From positions 3,823,908 through 3,887,907 of the forward strand of contig CP070695.1 of the NCBI GenBank assembly GCA_020353515.1: a stretch of DNA of 64,000 bases, written 5' to 3'. How positions within the stretch are numbered: the first letter of the stretch is position 1; every line of letters starts with the position of its first letter. The stretch comes from Candidatus Heimdallarchaeota archaeon. Its GTDB lineage: Archaea > Asgardarchaeota > Heimdallarchaeia > Hodarchaeales > Hodarchaeaceae. The notes beneath the pieces are model-generated. The model worked only from the letters and a program-made list of their open reading frames with translations. It was not told the origin of the DNA and did no database searches. Below are positions 63,327-64,000 of the stretch, piece by piece. Made by a program: the position numbers and the translations under genes.

Positions 63327-63674
63327 TCATCCTGCTGTACTATGGGGAATCAATAGAATTTCGTCACCATTATCAACGCCATAGTCGCCGATAGGAGCAG
63401 ATTCATCTAAGGTGCGACCAGCATGACTTAAGTGAAAATCATTGGGATTCAAGCCAAATATGTTAGCTAAGGTGTCTCTGACATCTCTAACTGGTGTATT
63501 TTCACCTACACTAAGTTTTTCGGTTCGTTCAGGCCCAACGGTAGATTTAAAAAATACATTCTTTTTTGGTCCTGCGGTAATATTTGTTATAGGAGTCTTA
63601 GATTGTGTAGGGGTTTTAGATTGAATTGTTGTCTGTTCTTCTACATCAAAGTCTAAATCTTCAAAATCACTCAT
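63327..63674 (-). CDS. Ubiquitin-like protein 1 (acidic N-tail; ends STAG-stop, mature form)
   Basis: HAGRTLDESAPIGDYGV aligns with ubiquitin FAGKQLEDGRTLSDYNI; exposed terminal Gly. Confidence 0.9.
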   Translation of the reverse strand: MSDFEDLDFDVEEQTTIQSKTPTQSKTPITNITAGPKKNVFFKSTVGPERTEKLSVGENTPVRDVRDTLANIFGLNPNDFHLSHAGRTLDESAPIGDYGVDNGDEILLIPHSTAG

Positions 63675-63775
63675 TTTTTATCACTTTTTTACATTTTTCG
63701 TGAGTTTTTCTTTACAGGAAACTCATGTAATATACGTACCACATGTACTATTTAAATCTTACGAAATACCCGTAA

Positions 63776-63798
63776 CACCCGAAACCTATATAAGGGTG
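63776..63798 (+). promoter_or_regulatory. Candidate BRE/TATA element flanked by a CACCC/GGGTG inverted repeat
   Basis: CACCC-GAAACC-TATATAA-GGGTG in the divergent intergenic region, ~55 nt upstream of the RHH start. Confidence 0.45.
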
Positions 63799-63850
63799 AA
63801 TGTTTTTCCATTCATTGAAAATGTAAGTAACTGCTTTTGAGGTTAATATT

Positions 63851-64000
63851 TTGCCACAAAATGCTCAAAATATTAAAATATCAAATCGTGCGTGGGAACT
63901 TCTACGATGGGCAAAATTTGAGCTTGATGCAAAGTCTTACAGTGATGTTATCATCTTAATGAATAGTAGAATAAAAAATCGGTCAAAAAGTCTTGAAAAA
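63851..64000 (+). CDS. 3'-partial ribbon-helix-helix-like protein divergent from the Ubl operon (not in the ORF track)
   Basis: GAGGT RBS, then TTG: MPQNAQNIKISNRAWELLRWAKFELDAKSYSDVIILM..., open to the window end. Confidence 0.65.
   Translation, partial: MPQNAQNIKISNRAWELLRWAKFELDAKSYSDVIILMNSRIKNRSKSLEK

Noticed and set aside
63297-63329. Read-through of the UGA after the Ubl1 Gly, or a polyubiquitin-like fusion of the two Ubls
   Set aside because: Another in-frame stop follows within ~10 codons, no SECIS-like element is evident, and Ubl2 has its own RBS and start.

Overview
This AT-rich (~35% GC by eye), gene-dense archaeal window most likely comes from an Asgard archaeon, probably Heimdallarchaeia-like. 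That assignment is inferred from the eukaryotic-signature genes and GGAGG/GGTGA ribosome-binding sites. The window has three functional blocks. (1) A central-carbon supercluster contains sucCD, a two-subunit fumarase, sdhDCAB, a LarA-family racemase, ATP-citrate lyase aclBA, IDH, two aconitases and two 2-oxoacid:ferredoxin oxidoreductases. One of the oxidoreductases sits directly upstream of an HdrA-MvhD fusion. No malate dehydrogenase or citrate synthase is in the window. (2) A redox/oxidative-stress island contains DoxX, rubrerythrin, a nitroreductase, a YumC-type FNR and a CoA-disulfide reductase. It also holds a tandem pair of Cys-rich longin-like domains, one fused to a BCP peroxiredoxin. 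(3) At the right end is a complete eukaryote-like ubiquitin-like conjugation operon. It has two 115-aa paralogous Ubls with acidic N-tails and a UFM1-like single C-terminal Gly, one mature and one with an IYY pro-extension. It also has a UBA3/UBA2-type E1, an E2 with two loop insertions, a JAMM protease, a polytopic membrane RING E3 and an adjacent RING-less paralog of its membrane domain, followed by a Lys/Pro-rich disordered protein. Features the ORF track missed include a TM-linker-RING-like gene split by an (AGCA)4 microsatellite, probable ATT/ATC start codons, a PepF pseudogene and a partial RHH gene at the right edge. I saw no rRNA, tRNA, CRISPR array or transposase. All family assignments come from motif recognition by eye, not database searches.
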